From Amphiscolops sp. MND2022 (taxonomy: Eukaryota): a stretch of 64,000 nt of DNA. The stretch spans positions 24,118,001 through 24,182,000 of the forward strand of contig OZ076416.1 in the NCBI GenBank assembly GCA_964187785.1, read 5' to 3'. This document shows, piece after piece, positions 12,101 through 24,400 of the stretch (position 1 is its first letter; each line of letters starts with the position of its first letter). Below the pieces are notes generated by a model, which did not search any database, was not told the origin of the DNA, and worked only from the letters and a program-made list of their open reading frames with translations. The position numbers and the translations under genes are program-made.

Positions 12101-15100
12101 GCAACGCTTCATTGAGGGTGTCCGCGATGCTGTCTTGCGGAGGGAACTCTCTTTCATCTATGCATCCGAGACCACCGTGACTGACCACCCCTTGTAGAAT
12201 CTGTAGAATCTCTGAGATTCACTACCAGGCAGTTGCCCACTAGACCCAAGTCCGCGCAACCATGTGATCTCCGATACGCCATGGGCTCGAGGTCTCATCC
12301 TTTCGCACCTTTACATCCCAACAAGATGGTATTGCCACAGGGAGTATTTCCCCCGCCTCCCGATAGCAATAAACCAGCCAACCCGACGGCTGTGCCACCT
12401 GCTGCGCGTTTACCGCTAGGTGCCAGTTTTAACTGTTGCCAAACGGGTCACTTTGCTCGAGATTGTCCGACCCGAGATCAGGCTCGCAAACCGGCGGGGC
12501 GCCAGAGCCCGAAACCATGAAAATTACTGCTGAGGATATGACAGATGGTCTTGCGGAAAATTACCCAGGAATCCGCCATTGTACCAATTGTGGCGAGTTT
12601 GACTACGTCGCTTCGCAGTGTGCTGAAGCTCCTGCAAACCCCTGCGACGAATTTGCTTACAATAGGTGGGCGGAAGTCGAGGCGGGTGGCGTTGCTGCCT
12701 ACACGGTGCGATTGGAAGACGACCGTGTGTTAATGCTACACCCAGCAGAGCCGCCGGCATTCTACACGCCTCTCACAATAACCTGCGGTGCCAAGCAGGT
12801 CTAAACATGCTTGAGCCAATTACTTTTAATCCTCAGGGACTAACGCTCATATCCATCCACTTGATGTTGGCTGCAGAGCAGTCGCGTCGGCCGACGTTGA
12901 CACTGGCCAAATTCTGGGTTGAGTTATCCCCTATGTACAAGCGGATGGAACTGCCTCGCCCCAAATCCATTTGTGCCAAATCCATTCGAAGCCTGTGTGG
13001 TAGTCGATGTATTTCCCCCTGGCATATGCTTGGGCCCACTGGTGAAGCGCGAATAGATGAGCGTGCAACGCTCGTTGTATTCTTATCCTTCGTAGTGCCC
13101 CATGCGGCACCTATTCCATTACACGTTTTGGTTGACACTGGCTCAGGAGTGTCCATTTTGAAATTTTCTACCTTCAACCGAGTTGTTCAGCGAGGTGCTG
13201 TTCAGATCGGTGCCATGTTAAAGCCCTACCAGATAGACCTGTACGCCGCCAACGGCACAACCATCAAAACGTTCGGGATGGCGGAACACGTGCGCTTCCA
13301 ACTGGGAGACTACGAGCTCGAAACGAACTTCGTGGTGGTGACGACGCCATGAGAGTCGAGGACTTCTTACTGGGCCGCATATTCCTTCGCGCCTACCAAG
13401 TGCTCGTTGACTTGACGTCAATGAAGATTGTTGTCCGTGCGGCAGAACGACCCGTTTGGCACCATGCACACACCCAGGTAGGTGACTCAACCTTAGCAGT
13501 TCCCGTCGTGCTAGATAGCGACCTCGTGCTGCAACTTTTTGAACGCACGGTTGTAAAGGCCATGGTGGTCACCACCAACTCAGAACCACTAGTGTTTTAA
13601 AATGTAGTGTTAAATGTCCCCATTGCGGATGCTTCACTACATAATGTTGTTTTTAGAGGACTGCGTTGCCACTGTCAGTGAGACAGGCCTCGTCTTCGTC
13701 AGCGTAATGAATCTGACGAGTAATCCACAGCGAATCCACGGCAACACCCACCTGGGAACAGTAGGCACCGTGCCTCTGGTGGACCAGGCTGTACCCCAAC
13801 GAGTGGATAAACCCAAACCACAAACTGATGTCGATACAGACCAAATTGATTTCGTTCATAAAGGTTTTGAAGAAATTGATCGATCCCGAAGCCGTCGCAA
13901 AACAACGGGACTGGGAAATTCCCCGCAACAAGACCGAAATGCAAAGCTTCTTGGGTTTTGCTAACTATTACCGCGAGTTCATTCCTTGGCATGCCAAACT
14001 GATTGCGCTCTTGCACGCCATTACTTGTATGTGTGGATCTGAACAGCAACTGGCCTTCAATGAAATAAAAAAGCACTCATCGAGGCGACTGCTCTTGCGC
14101 AGCCTGACTCTGAGGGCGAACTCATGCTAGACACGGATGCCAGCGCTGTGGCCTTTTCTGGCATACTCCACCAGTGGCAAGGCCCACCCGGGGAAAGGTG
14201 TCTCCTATCCATCGTCTATGGCAGCAAAAATTTTACTGCTATTCAAGCGAAATACGGAGCACCAAAGACAGAAATGTACGCCATAAACCACTTCATTGTA
14301 AAGAACCAGATATTTTGCCCACGAGAGTTCACTTTGATAGTGGATAAGCCAGGCACTGTCATGGTTGAAAACGAATTCGACTGATCAAGCCCTCATTGAC
14401 TGATGAATAATGGCACTGGAGAAGTACCACTTCCGTGTCGAACACCGACCTCGGACGCAACATCGCATTGCCGATGGCCTATCCAAACGAAAAATTGACT
14501 ATCGATGGCGCGAACAACAGCTCGAAAAACTACCTCCCGTGGCTGAGAGCTGGAACGTCCTGTCACAAGACGAGTATGAACGCCTACCCACTGCGCCATG
14601 ATTTGACGTACAGGGGCAGATCATTCCCAACCACCCTGACCTACCGTCACACATACAAAAACTCCAACCCACCCCTCCCAACTTGGTTTAACGCGTCATT
14701 TGTCGAACGCAACGAATCAAGCGACGAGAAAAGCAAAAAGAGGCTCTGCGGGCACCTTTTCCACCGCTTCCCCCACCGGTACTACACGCCCACGAAGACT
14801 TCTATCCCGATTATCCGGAAGACTGGATAGATGTGACGGAAGAGGCAAGCCACGATTACTTCCTACCTACGCATGTAACCAATGTCGCATCGCGTACCAC
14901 CTACGAGCTGGCCGAAACCTGCGGAGCAGTACTGCAGAACGCTCCCAACAATATTAGGCAAGCAGTATTTGCCATTCGGAGCATCAGCACTGAGCTTCAC
15001 GTGCATGCCTACACTGTTCATGGCATCAAGGGCTTGGTGCTGGCGGTGCACATTCTGCCGCTCAAAAAACTGGTCAACAACGAAAACATTGACCAAGACA

Positions 15101-16460
15101 GTTTTCCGGAAGACGTGCGTGCGTTTCCTTGTAATTATTTCAAACAGAAAAAGGAGCCATTATTCCTGAACTCCAACGGCGTCCTCTGTGCGAAGTATCC
15201 TCTATCACAGCGGCTGCTGCATGAACGGCCCCCTAAGATTGTAATGTCTCAGCTGTACCAACACGAAATTCTGTTTCATGTACACGATTCTATGGGTCAT
15301 CAAGGCATCAGCAAGATAACTCGCGTATACAAGAACGCCACACTTTGCCAGGGATCCGTCGCACCATCGGAGAATACGTCAGTCTGTGAGTCTGTGCCTA
15401 ACTTGTCAACAGGTTCGTGATAAACCTGGCGACGTTCGTTTCCACCTCAAGAACATACAGAACGGGTACTTTAACGAGTTAGTCCAGTACGACCACATGA
15501 AACTCTGTCCCTCCGATGATGGCAACACGGAGTGTCTAGTCATAATTGATCTTTTCTCCAAATTTGCCGAAGTCGTACCGTGCATATCGCACCATAGAGT
15601 ACGACGCGATAGCCACCTCTCGCCTACTCCTTCAAAAATGGTTCGCCCGTCATGGCACACCCACACGCATGCAATCTGATAACGATCCTAACCTAACTGC
15701 CGAGGTCTCAAACGAGTTTATGAAGGCCTCACAGGTTACCAAACTGACTTTTACTGCTGGTCACCCACGTACTCAGGGTCTGGTAGATCGTCAAAATCGC
15801 ATGCTCCTCACCCTACTGCGAGTCTTTTTTTCCCGTGGAATGCGCGACTGGGACAGACACCTGGATGAAGTCGTTGGCGCATACAACTCTACTCGACACG
15901 CCACAACAGGGTTTTTTCCCTACATGTTGACGCGTGGCACTGAGAAAGCGATAGTCCTCACGTACCTTTACCCTGAGTTTGCGACTCAGTCATTTCCCAC
16001 TCATGACTCCTACGTGGACCACGTGTTGGCCCGCCAACAAGAAGCCTACGTCTTGGTACGTTGCAACAACCATCAAGCTCAGTTGCGTGAAAATCTCAAA
16101 TATGACCGCGCTATACGAGTCAAGGCCTACAACCAAGGCGACCTGGTATGGGTTTTTGTCGGTATGTTCCCAAAACGGTACGCTCAAATTGATGCGCGCT
16201 TGGCGTGGCCCACGCCGTGTAGCCCACGTACTGCAAGATGGACGTGTGTACATATTTAACACCGGACAGAAGGTCCATTTGGAACGCCTAAAACCGCACC
16301 ATAGTGGCCCCACGGAGTTTGCCACTACCCCTCTGGGTACCAGCGAAATCGCCGTCGTCATGGATCCGGAGCCCGAGCGCTGGTTCCCCCGGTACCTCCC
16401 AACATCGTGTTCTAACCGTTCAATTTTGAACAAGAACCAGTGCAAATGGCCAGATGCATA
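9116..16460 (+). mobile_element. Decayed Ty3/Gypsy element (5' region, gag with two degenerate zinc knuckles, protease, RT connection, RNase H, integrase); RT catalytic core absent
   Basis: Degenerate knuckles SFNCCQTGHFARDC (~12425) and CTNCGEFDYVASQC (~12580); protease HVLVDTGSGVSIL (~13125); connection QSFLGFANYYREFIP (~13945); RNase H LDTDASAVAFSGILHQ (14124); integrase HDSMGHQG...CLTCQQV, QYDHMK, QSDN, GLVDRQNR, YNSTRHATTGF. Many stops and frameshifts. The 5' boundary is approximate. Confidence 0.9.
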
Positions 16461-16960
16461 ACTGCAGACCTGCTACTTGAACGATACGCTGTAGAGGTAG
16501 AACCAGAAGGCGTCTACAGTGCAGTCCCGCAATGGTGGTTTTAGTAACTGCTCAACGCGTTGATATGCTAGCGAACCCACAGCATTTGCCAGTGTGTTTG
16601 GAAAGTCTGAGGACTTCCAATACGGAAAACCTAATTTTATGTTTCCACCTAATCGATTGGTACACAGTTGCTTCATCAAATACCCACGAATTGATTGTTG
16701 GATGGGTGGATTCTCTGCATTTCGAGGCAGCAGTGAGCACACTAGACACAGGGGTCGGAGCAAATGTGGAGAACCAAGCGTTACCACGTTCTGTATGGCA
16801 AGAGTTAGCCGCGTTACAAGGACGCACCCCGCGTGTGTGCCTACCCCCTGACAACGGACCTGGGCGAGAAATCGTATACCCAGGTAGTCTGCGTCCAGAC
16901 ATGGTAGAATACAAATCCTATGATATCACAGACTTCTTGCAAGCCGAGCGGACTTAGAGA
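16381..16960 (+). repeat. 580-bp duplication, copy 1 (copy 2 at 17483-18062), containing a 141-codon ORF
   Basis: Near-identical sequence at offset 1102 (ORFs 16532/17634), from TGGTTCCCCCGGTACC to CGGACTTAGAGA. Confidence 0.95.
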
Positions 16961-17482
16961 ACTCCGTTGAACTCATCAATGATGACCTCTCCAAACTGTC
17001 TTTTAAATCGGAACAATTACTTTCAGAGGCCCCGAATGTTTCGCTCACTTCTGACAAACCCCCCCACCGCTCCTTCTGTCAAAGGGGGGGGAGACCCCAT
17101 AAGAATATACGGGTGCCCTGTCAGAGGAAAGTCCCGGATAGAACCGTGACTACAGCATCGAAACCGGAAACTGAGACAGGATTTCAAGACCGGTAACAGT
17201 GAGGCAAAAACTACAGCCCAGATTCAATGGTGGCACGTGTGGTTTGCGCGACTGCGTATGCGTATTATCTGTAAATGAGAACCGGGAGACAAAATTAAGC
17301 GTTAGTGCACCTCATTATTGTGCGAGCGGAAAGGACCTTCGCTGGCGAAGAAAGAACTGACAATTACCCTGCTGAAACAAATATGCAACAAATTGCAGTG
17401 CCAGGCGTGGTAAAGGCGCCGTGCCCTCGATTCAAAGAATGAACAAGTGACGGCAAAGGCCTTGAGTTCACGTTAGCAACCG

Positions 17483-18062
17483 TGGTTCCCCCGGTACCTC
17501 CCAACATCGTGTTCTAACCGTTCAATTTTGAACAAGAACCAGTGCAAATGGCCAGATGCATAACTGCAGACCTGCTACTTGAACGATACGCTGTAGAGGT
17601 AGAACCAGAAGGCGTCTACAGTGCAGTCCCGCAATGGTGGTTTTAGTAACTGCTCAACGCGTTGATATGCTAGCGAACCCACAGCATTTGCCAGTGTGTT
17701 TGGAAAGTCTGAGGACTTCCAATACGGAAAACCTAATTTTATGTTTCCACCTAATCGATTGGTACACAGTTGCTTCATCAAATACCCACGAATTGATTGT
17801 TGGATGGGTGGATTCTCTGCATTTCGAGGCAGCAGTGAGCACACTAGACACATGGGTCGGAGCAAATGTGGAGAACCAAGCGTTACCACGTTCTGTATGG
17901 CAAGAGTTAGCCGCGTTACAAGGACGCACCCCGCGTGTAAGCCTACCCCCTGACAACGGACCTGGGCGAGAAATCGTATACCCAGGTAGTCTGCGTCCAG
18001 ACATGGTAGAATACAAATCCTATGATATCACAGACTTCTTGCAAGCCGAGCGGACTTAGAGA
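17483..18062 (+). repeat. 580-bp duplication, copy 2
   Basis: Matches 16381-16960 with only a few substitutions. Confidence 0.95.
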
Positions 18063-18437
18063 CTAGTTCGGCGGCACTGCGCTATGTACTAAGTGAATGT
18101 GGCAGGGAGCAGGTCTTCTCGTTACGTCCACGAGTAGGGGAGATACTCACCTTAACTCCCTTGATCACGAATAAGCCCTCGCATCCAATACACTTAATGA
18201 CAACCCGTGCGAATCAGCGTGCGCCGCTGGTGGCGGATGACTTTCAGCTCTGCCTGAGGAAACTAATATCATGGCTTGAGGACGGAGAAGTCTCCCATGT
18301 CCATTTTTCTATACTGGATTCAGAGAGACCAGTGTACTCTTTGGCTAATTTGTACCAAATGATGATGGACCTGTTCGCGGGAACTAATATCTGTGTAGTG
18401 CTACACAACCGCGTGTACGTGTCCATATTGGGCATTG

Positions 18438-21400
18438 AAATAGGTACCAAACCACTTTAGTGTCATCTCCAGCAGCGATACAGCAGACGGCACGAACTCT
18501 GCTGTGAACAACGGTCTCTGATTTATGTTGTTTTGCTTAGCGGCGACTTAAGCGCTTCCTTTTCTTTCCTTGATCAACCTCACTTATAAATCCTTGCTAG
18601 TGATGCCTTAAGCAGCCCCTTAATTTAGTTGTTTCATTATTACTTAACGTTTGGTTATTCTCTGTCGGGTTCCCTTAAGGAGCTCGTGGTTTTTATGCAC
18701 TGCCTAACAATCACCAACATTACATGTCTAATATTTACTTGTTTTTAGACCCATGATAAGATGGCTTTCCATCACACGGTCTCTTCAGCAATGCCTGTCA
18801 ATGCCTCGCCAAATCATGACGCTGCTCGTAATGGCATTTCGTTAGCAGCCATGGCCGGCATAACTGCCCTCTTGGACCAACTAGAGACACATCCCACGTC
18901 ATCTCCAGCAGCGATACAGCAGATGGCACGAACTCTGCTGTGAACAACGGTCTCTTATTTATGTTGTTTTGCTTAGCGGCGACTTAAGCACTTCCTTTTC
19001 TTTCCTTGATCAACCTCACTTATAAATCCTTGCTAGTGATGCCTTAAGCAGCCCCTTAATTTAGTTGTTTCATTAATACTTAACGTTTGGTTATTCTCTG
19101 TCGGGTTCCCTTAAGGAGCTCGTGGTTTTTATGCACTGCCTAACAATCACCAACATTACATGTCTAATATTTACTTGTTTTTAGACCCATGATAAGATGG
19201 CTTTCCATCACACGGTCTCTTCAGCAATGCCTGTCAATGCCTCGCCAAATCATGACGCTGCTCGTAATGGCATTTCGTTAGCAGCCATGGCCGGCATAAC
19301 TGCCCTCTTGGACCAACTAGAGACACATCCCACGTTATCGAGCTTGGCTGTCTGTTGTAGCCGATGCGGCTGAGCATAAACGTACTATGACTTGCCGGAA
19401 AGGAGTATGGGATGGCTATGACCTGACTCACCCATTTCCGGATGACCGTTCCACCGCGTGGCACCAGTGTGCACACCACTACCGAACAAGAGGCTACGCT
19501 GCGCTACCAGTAGCTAACGCACCAGTGCCACAACTGTTGCCGCCGGCTCACTTGGTGATTCAACCACAAGTGCAGACACCGCCGCAACCTCCTCCGCAGC
19601 CAATTTATTTGCCGAAAGTACAAGCGGTGGTGCTTCTATCCGCGACACCTTGCGTAGCACCCTACGCTAGTGCTCCAGCCGCTCAGGCACCACACATGAT
19701 TTTACGAACCACTAGTGCAACCTCCCAGTAGGAGCTCGCGGTCTCCAGCCAAATGTCCAGCGCAAGAGTGCAGTCGGCTCAGTCTTCGGCGCCATCATCA
19801 GCTCGCTTCGTAACTGCAACAAACATGGCTCACAGATCACCGAATGAGCAAGCTGTTATCCAGGCCCTCCAAACCGTTGGCAACTATCCGGAATCCAAGG
19901 ACTTCTTGGAGACTGTGTCCCGCAGACTTCCAGGCCTACAAGCCTTACTTGATGCGCCTGTGCAGCTCGAAGGAGGGCTGCATGACAACAAGGGACAATC
20001 AAGGTCCAGGACCCAGCACCAGAACACAACGGGCGCCATCGCCAATACCTGGGTTGTCGCCTGTACCCGATGAAGAGCTCAGACGCAAGAGAGCTTCGCC
20101 GCATGTATTGTCTAGAACGGCAAGAACCAACAACAGTCCGACGAGTCGCCCTCCTCCGGACAAAAAAACAATGTGCTACGTCCGGTAGTAATCCCAGAGC
20201 CCCCTATGGTGGGATACCAAGGAATTCCCGAACCCCAGATGGCAATGATTGAAGTGATAGAAGGATACGCACCCAGCCATTCTTCTGTGCTCGAGGGCAC
20301 AGAGATCTCAGCACCATCCAGTTCTGCAGTGCCACAACTGCGAGAACTGCACCGAAGGTACCTCCCTACTCTCCGCCGTCTGAGAAAATAGGTACCAAAC
20401 CACTTTAGTGTCATCTCCAGCAGAGATACAGCAGATGGCACGAACTCTGCTGTGAACAACGGTCTCTGATTTATGTTGTTTTGCTTAGCGGCGACTTAAG
20501 CGCTTCCTTTTCTTTCCTTGATCAACCTCACTTATAAATCCTTGCTAGTGATGCCTTAAGCAGCCCCTTAATTTAGTTGTTTCATTAATACTTAACGTTT
20601 GGTTATTCTCTGTCGGGTTCCCTTAAGGAGCTCGTGGTTTTTATGCACTGCCTAACAATCACCAACATTACATGTCTAATATTTACTTGTTTTTAGACCC
20701 ATGATAAGATGGCTTTCCATCACACGGTCTCTTCAGCAATGCCTGTCAATGCCTCGCCAAATCATGACGCTGCTCGTAATGGCATTTCGTTAGCAGCCAT
20801 GGCCGGCATAACTGCCCTCTTGGACCAACTAGAGACACATCCCACGTCATCTCCAGCAGCGATACAGCAGATGGCACGAACTCTGCTGTGAACAACGGTC
20901 TCTTATTTATGTTGTTTTGCTTAGCGGCGACTTAAGCGCTTCCTTTTCTTTCCTTGATCAACCTCACTTATAAATCCTTGCTAGTGATGCCTTAAGCAGC
21001 CCCTTAATTTAGTTGTTTCATTAATACTTAACGTTTGGTTATTCTCTGTCGGGTTCCCTTAAGGAGCTCGTGGTTTTTATGCACTGCCTAACAATCACCA
21101 ACATTACATGTCTAATATTTACATGTCTTTAGACCCATGATAAGATGGCTTTCCATCACACGGTCTCTTCAGCAATGCCTGTCAATGCCTCGCCAAATCA
21201 TGACGCTGCTCGTAATGGCATTTCGTTAGCAGCCATGGCCGTCATAACTGCCCTCTTGGACCAACTAGAGACACATCCCACGTTATCGAGCTTGGCTGTC
21301 TGTTGTAGCCGATGCGGCTGAGCATAAACGTACTATGACTTGCCGGAAAGGAGTATGGGATGGCTATGACCTGACTCACCCATTTCCGGATGACCGTTCC

Positions 21401-24400
21401 ACCGCGTGGCCCCAGTGTGCACACCACTACCGAACCAGAGGCTACGCTGCGCTACCAGTAGCTAACGCACCAGTGCCACAACTGTTGCCGCCGGCTCACT
21501 TGGTGATTCAACCACAAGTGCAGACACCGCCGCAACCTCCTCCGCAGCCAATTTATTTGCCGAAAGTACAAGCGGTGGTGCTTCTATCCGCGACATCTTG
21601 CGTAGCACCCTACGCTAGTGCTCCAGCCGCTCAGGCACCACACATGATTTTACGAACCACTAGTGCAACCTCCCAGTAGGAGCTCGCGGTCTCCAGCCAA
21701 ATGTCCAGCGCAAGAGTGCAGTCGGCTCAGTCTTCGGCGCCATCATCAGCTCGCTTCGTAACTGCAACAAACATGGCTCACAGATCACCGAGTGAGCAAG
21801 CTGTTATCCAGGCCCTCCAAACCGTTGGCAACTATCCGGAATCCAAGGACTTCTTGGAGACTGTGTCCCGCAGACTTCCAGGCCTACAAGCCTTACTTGA
21901 TGCGCCTGTGCAGCTCGAGGGAGGGCTGCATGACAACAAGGGACAATCAAGGTCCAGGACCCAGCACCAGAACACAACGGGCGCCATCGCCAATACCTGG
22001 GTTGTCGCCTGTACCCGATGAAGAGCTCAGACGCAAGAGAGCTTCGCCGCATGTATTGTCTAGAACGGCAAGAACCAACAACAGTCCGACGAGTCGCCCT
22101 CCTCCGGACAAAAAAACAATGTGCTACGTCCGGTAGTAATCCCAGAGCCCCCTATGGTGGGATACCAAGGAATTCCCGAACCCCAGATGGCAATGATTGA
22201 AGTGATAGAAGGATACGCACCCAGCCATTCTTCTGTGCTCGAGGGCACAGAGATCTCAGCACCATCCAGTTCTGCAGTGCCACAACTGCGAGAACTGCAC
22301 CGAAGGTACCTCCCTACTCTCCGCCGTCTGAGAAAATAGGTACCAAACCACTTTAGTGTCATCTCCAGCAGAGATACAGCAGATGGCACGAACTCTGCTG
22401 TGAACAACGGTCTCTGATTTATGTTGTTTTGCTTAGCGGCGACTTAAGCGCTTCCTTTTCTTTCCTTGATCAACCTCACTTATAAATCCTTGCTAGTGAT
22501 GCCTTAAGCAGCCCCTTAATTTAGTTGTTTCATTATTACTTAACGTTTGGTTATTCTCTGTCGGGTTCCCTTAAGGAGCTCGTGGTTTTTATGCACTGCC
22601 TAACAATCACCAACATTACATGTCTAATATTTGTTTGTTTTTAGACCCATGATAAGATGGCTTTCCATCACACGGTCTCTTCAGCAATGCCTGTCAATGC
22701 CTCGCCAAATCATGACGCTGCTCGTAATGGCATTTCGTTAGCAGCCATGGCCGGCATAACTGCCCTCTTGGACCAACTAGAGACACATCCCACGTTATCG
22801 AGCTTGGCTGTCTCTGTTGTAGCCGATGCGGCTGAGCATAAACGTACTATGACTTGCCGGAAAGGAGTATGGGATGGCTATGACCTGACTCACCCATTTC
22901 CGGATGACCGTTCCACCGCGTGGCACCAGTGTGCACACCACTACCGAACAAGAGGCTACGCTGCGCTACCAGTAGCTAACGCACCAGTGCCACAACTGTT
23001 GTCGCCGGCTCACTTGGTGATTCAACCACAAGTGCAGACACCGCCGCAACCTCCTCCGCAGCCAATTTATTTGCCGAAAGTACAAGCGGTGGTGCTTCTA
23101 TCCGCGACACCTTGCGTAGCACCCTACGCTAGTGCTCCAGCCGCTCAGGCACCACACATGATTTTACGAACCACTAGTGCAACCTCCCAGTAGGAGCTCG
23201 CGGTCTCCAGCCAAATGTCCAGCGCAAGAGTGCAGTCGGCTCAGTCTTCGGCGCCATCATCAGCTCGCTTCGTAACTGCAACAAACATGGCTCACAGATC
23301 ACCGAGTGAGCAAGCTGTTATCCAGGCCCTCCAAACCGTTGGCAACTATCCGGAATCCAAGGACTTCTTGGAGACTGTGTCCCGCAGACTTCCAGGCCTA
23401 CAAGCCTTACTTGATGCGCCTGTGCAGCTCGAGGGAGGGCTGCATGACAACAAGGGACAATCAAGGTCCAGGACCCAGCACCAGAACACAACGGGCGCCA
23501 TCGCCAATACCTGGGTTGTCGCCTGTACCCGATGAAGAGCTCAGACGCAAGAGAGCTTCGCCGCATGTATTGTCTAGAACGGCAAGAACCAACAACAGTC
23601 CGACGAGTCGCCCTCCTCCGGACAAAAAAACAATGTGCTACGTCCGGTAGTAATCCCAGAGACCCCTATGGTGGGATACCAAGGAATTCCCGAACCCCAG
23701 ATGGCAATGATTGAAGTGATAGAAGGATACGCACCCAGCCATTCTTCTGTGCTCGAGGGCACAGAGATCTCAGCACCATCCAGTTCTGCAGTGCCACAAC
23801 TGCGAGAACTGCACCGAAGGTACCTCCCTACTCTCCGCCGTCTGAGAAAATAGGTACCAAACCACTTTAGTGTCATCTCCAGCAGAGATACAGCAGATGG
23901 CACGAACTCTGCTGTGAACAACGGTCTCTGATTTATGTTGTTTTGCTTAGCGGCGACTTAAGCGCTTCCTTTTCTTTCCTTGATCAACCTCACTTATAAA
24001 TCCTTGCTAGTGATGCCTTAAGCAGCCCCTTAATTTAGTTGTTTCATTAATACTTAACGTTTGGTTATTCTCTGTCGGGTTCCCTTAAGGAGCTCGTGGT
24101 TTTTATGCACTGCCTAACAATCACCAACATTACATGTCTAATATTTACTTGTTTTTAGACCCATGATAAGATGGTTTTCCATCACACGGTCTCTTCAGCA
24201 ATGCCTGTCAATGCCTCGCCAAATCATGACGCTGCTCGTAATGGCATTTCGTTAGCAGCCATGGCCGGCATAACTGCCCTCTTGGACCAACTAGAGACAC
24301 ATCCCACGTCATCTCCAGCAGCGATACAGCAGATGGCACGAACTCTGCTGTGAACAACGGTCTCTTATTTATGTTGTTTTGCTTAGCGGCGACTTAAGCG

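Noticed and set aside
17078-17095. AAAGGGGGGGGAG as the PPT of the second Gypsy element
   Set aside because: It is not followed by TG or by sequence matching the 9.1-9.7 kb region, and it falls within the pol-tail frame.
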